A stretch of 63,845 nt of DNA, filler included, from Perkinsus chesapeaki ATCC PRA-425 (Eukaryota; Protista; Perkinsozoa), in NCBI GenBank assembly GCA_013115145.1. It is 10 parts of 10 records of this genome, joined end to end, with 100 filler letters (N's around TTAATTAATTAA, not from the genome) between each part and the next. Parts side by side here need not be neighbours in the genome. Positions count along the whole stretch, not along the records: positions 62,433 to 63,845 come from JAAPAO010001975.1; 9 more parts are not named here. One strand, written 5' to 3'. The stretch's first letter is position 1. Every line of letters begins with the position of its first letter. Below the pieces are notes generated by a model. The model saw only the letters and a program-made list of their open reading frames with translations. It was not told where the DNA came from and made no database searches. Shown here one piece after another: positions 62,763-63,845 of this stretch. The position numbers were made by a program, and so were the translations under genes.

Positions 62763-63845
62763 ATGTCTGCCGAAAATACTACTCCAACTAATATCACTTA
62801 TGGACCAGAGCTTCCTCCGAATCCAGGTGTAAACCCTAATCCTGGCACTCTGATCTTTCACCCTCCTCTACTACGTCCCGCTACAACTACTCAGCTAGTA
62901 GGGTATGATCAACCAGACAATGTTGGGAGTGGTGGTGCGCAATCAAGCTCTCTTTGATGGGGTTACTATTTCCCAACAGAGACAACAATTACAACAACCA
63001 CCGCCTATTGTACCCACTGCTGATCGAGGTCAACAAACTATTGATGCAGCTCTTGACGAAACTCCACCATTCGCTGACAACTCCCAGCAGTCTGACACTG
63101 TCGGTGCCCGCATCAATAAATCGGTGCCGGTTAGACGTGGTACTGGACTACGTAGTAATCAGCCTGTCTGTACTGATCCAAGGTCAGTTCGACTACCTCC
63201 ACCTCAACCACATTATCCGTTGTTCGAGAACCAAGGTAACCAGCCTTGGCAACTAGGCCCTGATCATGTACAAGGCTACAATACTCAGATCCCCAGTACT
63301 ACACGTGTTATCATAGTGGCTACCAACGTGGCCAACCTCCCCAACGTGGCCAAACTCCTCAACGTGGCCAACTCCCGAAACCTGACCGACTATAACAACG
63401 TGGCCAACTCTACCAACGTGGCCAACTACCACAACAAGGTCGACTGATCGGGAAAGGAAACTTTCCTTAGGAAAGCTACCTTCTTATAATACTGTCATAA
63501 GCCCACTCACCTTGGAGCCGTCCACATCAATTTTACGTTGCACATGAAAAAGGTGCTACTCACTAGTATTGAGTCACTACGGGTTGTGCGGAAGCAACAT
63601 CGACTACTACTGATATTAAAAATCTGGTAATGCCGCCTTTCTCAACGAGAGTACTACGGAGACTGGTTCACACTGCTACACACTAGGCAGTTCTAGAACT
63701 AGAACTCCAATCCCAGACCCACGTGTTCTACACCTCCATGGTATGATGACAGGCTATGTCACCATTGAAGACACTGTGAGGTCGTAATCTGTCTCGTGTC
63801 ACATGTGATTTGATCCTCGCCCAAATGTGGCGTGCGATAAGAGCA
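62763..63845 (+). mobile_element. Decayed LTR-retrotransposon gag(-protease) region
   Basis: Pro/Gln-rich ORF pieces, five CAACGTGGCCAA repeats reading QRGQ, a knuckle-like remnant (YCHKPTH) and a protease-like remnant (GYVTIED...FD). Many stops. Confidence 0.4.

Noticed and set aside
63323-63447. NVAN-repeat protein tail in ORF 62905..63447
   Set aside because: The repeats read better as QRGQ in another frame, with CAA-to-TAA-type stops, fitting a decayed gag.

Overview
This is eukaryotic protist DNA, most consistent with a Perkinsus-like alveolate. That is an inference from the ~40-50 nt GT-AG introns, the gene content and the divergent TBP; it is not confirmed. The window is not contiguous. 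Ten contigs are joined by nine artificial 100-bp spacers (44 N + TTAATTAATTAA + 44 N), and there are two plain N gaps, so synteny across spacers is meaningless. Contig 2 (11440-29432) is very AT-rich and gene-dense. It holds two TBP copies, Hsp110, TAP42, a bacterial-type formate dehydrogenase, a dual-specificity phosphatase, RED/IK (with a LINE fragment in an intron and a foldback MITE just upstream) and a cyclin-like gene. The other contigs carry an LpqC-type esterase, a multi-exon Whirly-like gene, transporters (AAAP, POT), a CCCH protein, two Dcr2-like metallophosphoesterases, POLQ/HELQ and PRP43 fragments, decayed retroelements and many minisatellites. The standout signal is a recurring 22-bp scar: 7 bp of an 8-bp word, the full reverse complement of that word, then the last 7 bp of the word. 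There are nine exact and four one-mismatch copies, with unrelated 8-bp words. This matches the hairpin-plus-microhomology excision footprint expected from hAT transposons. Removing one scar restores a broken ORF.
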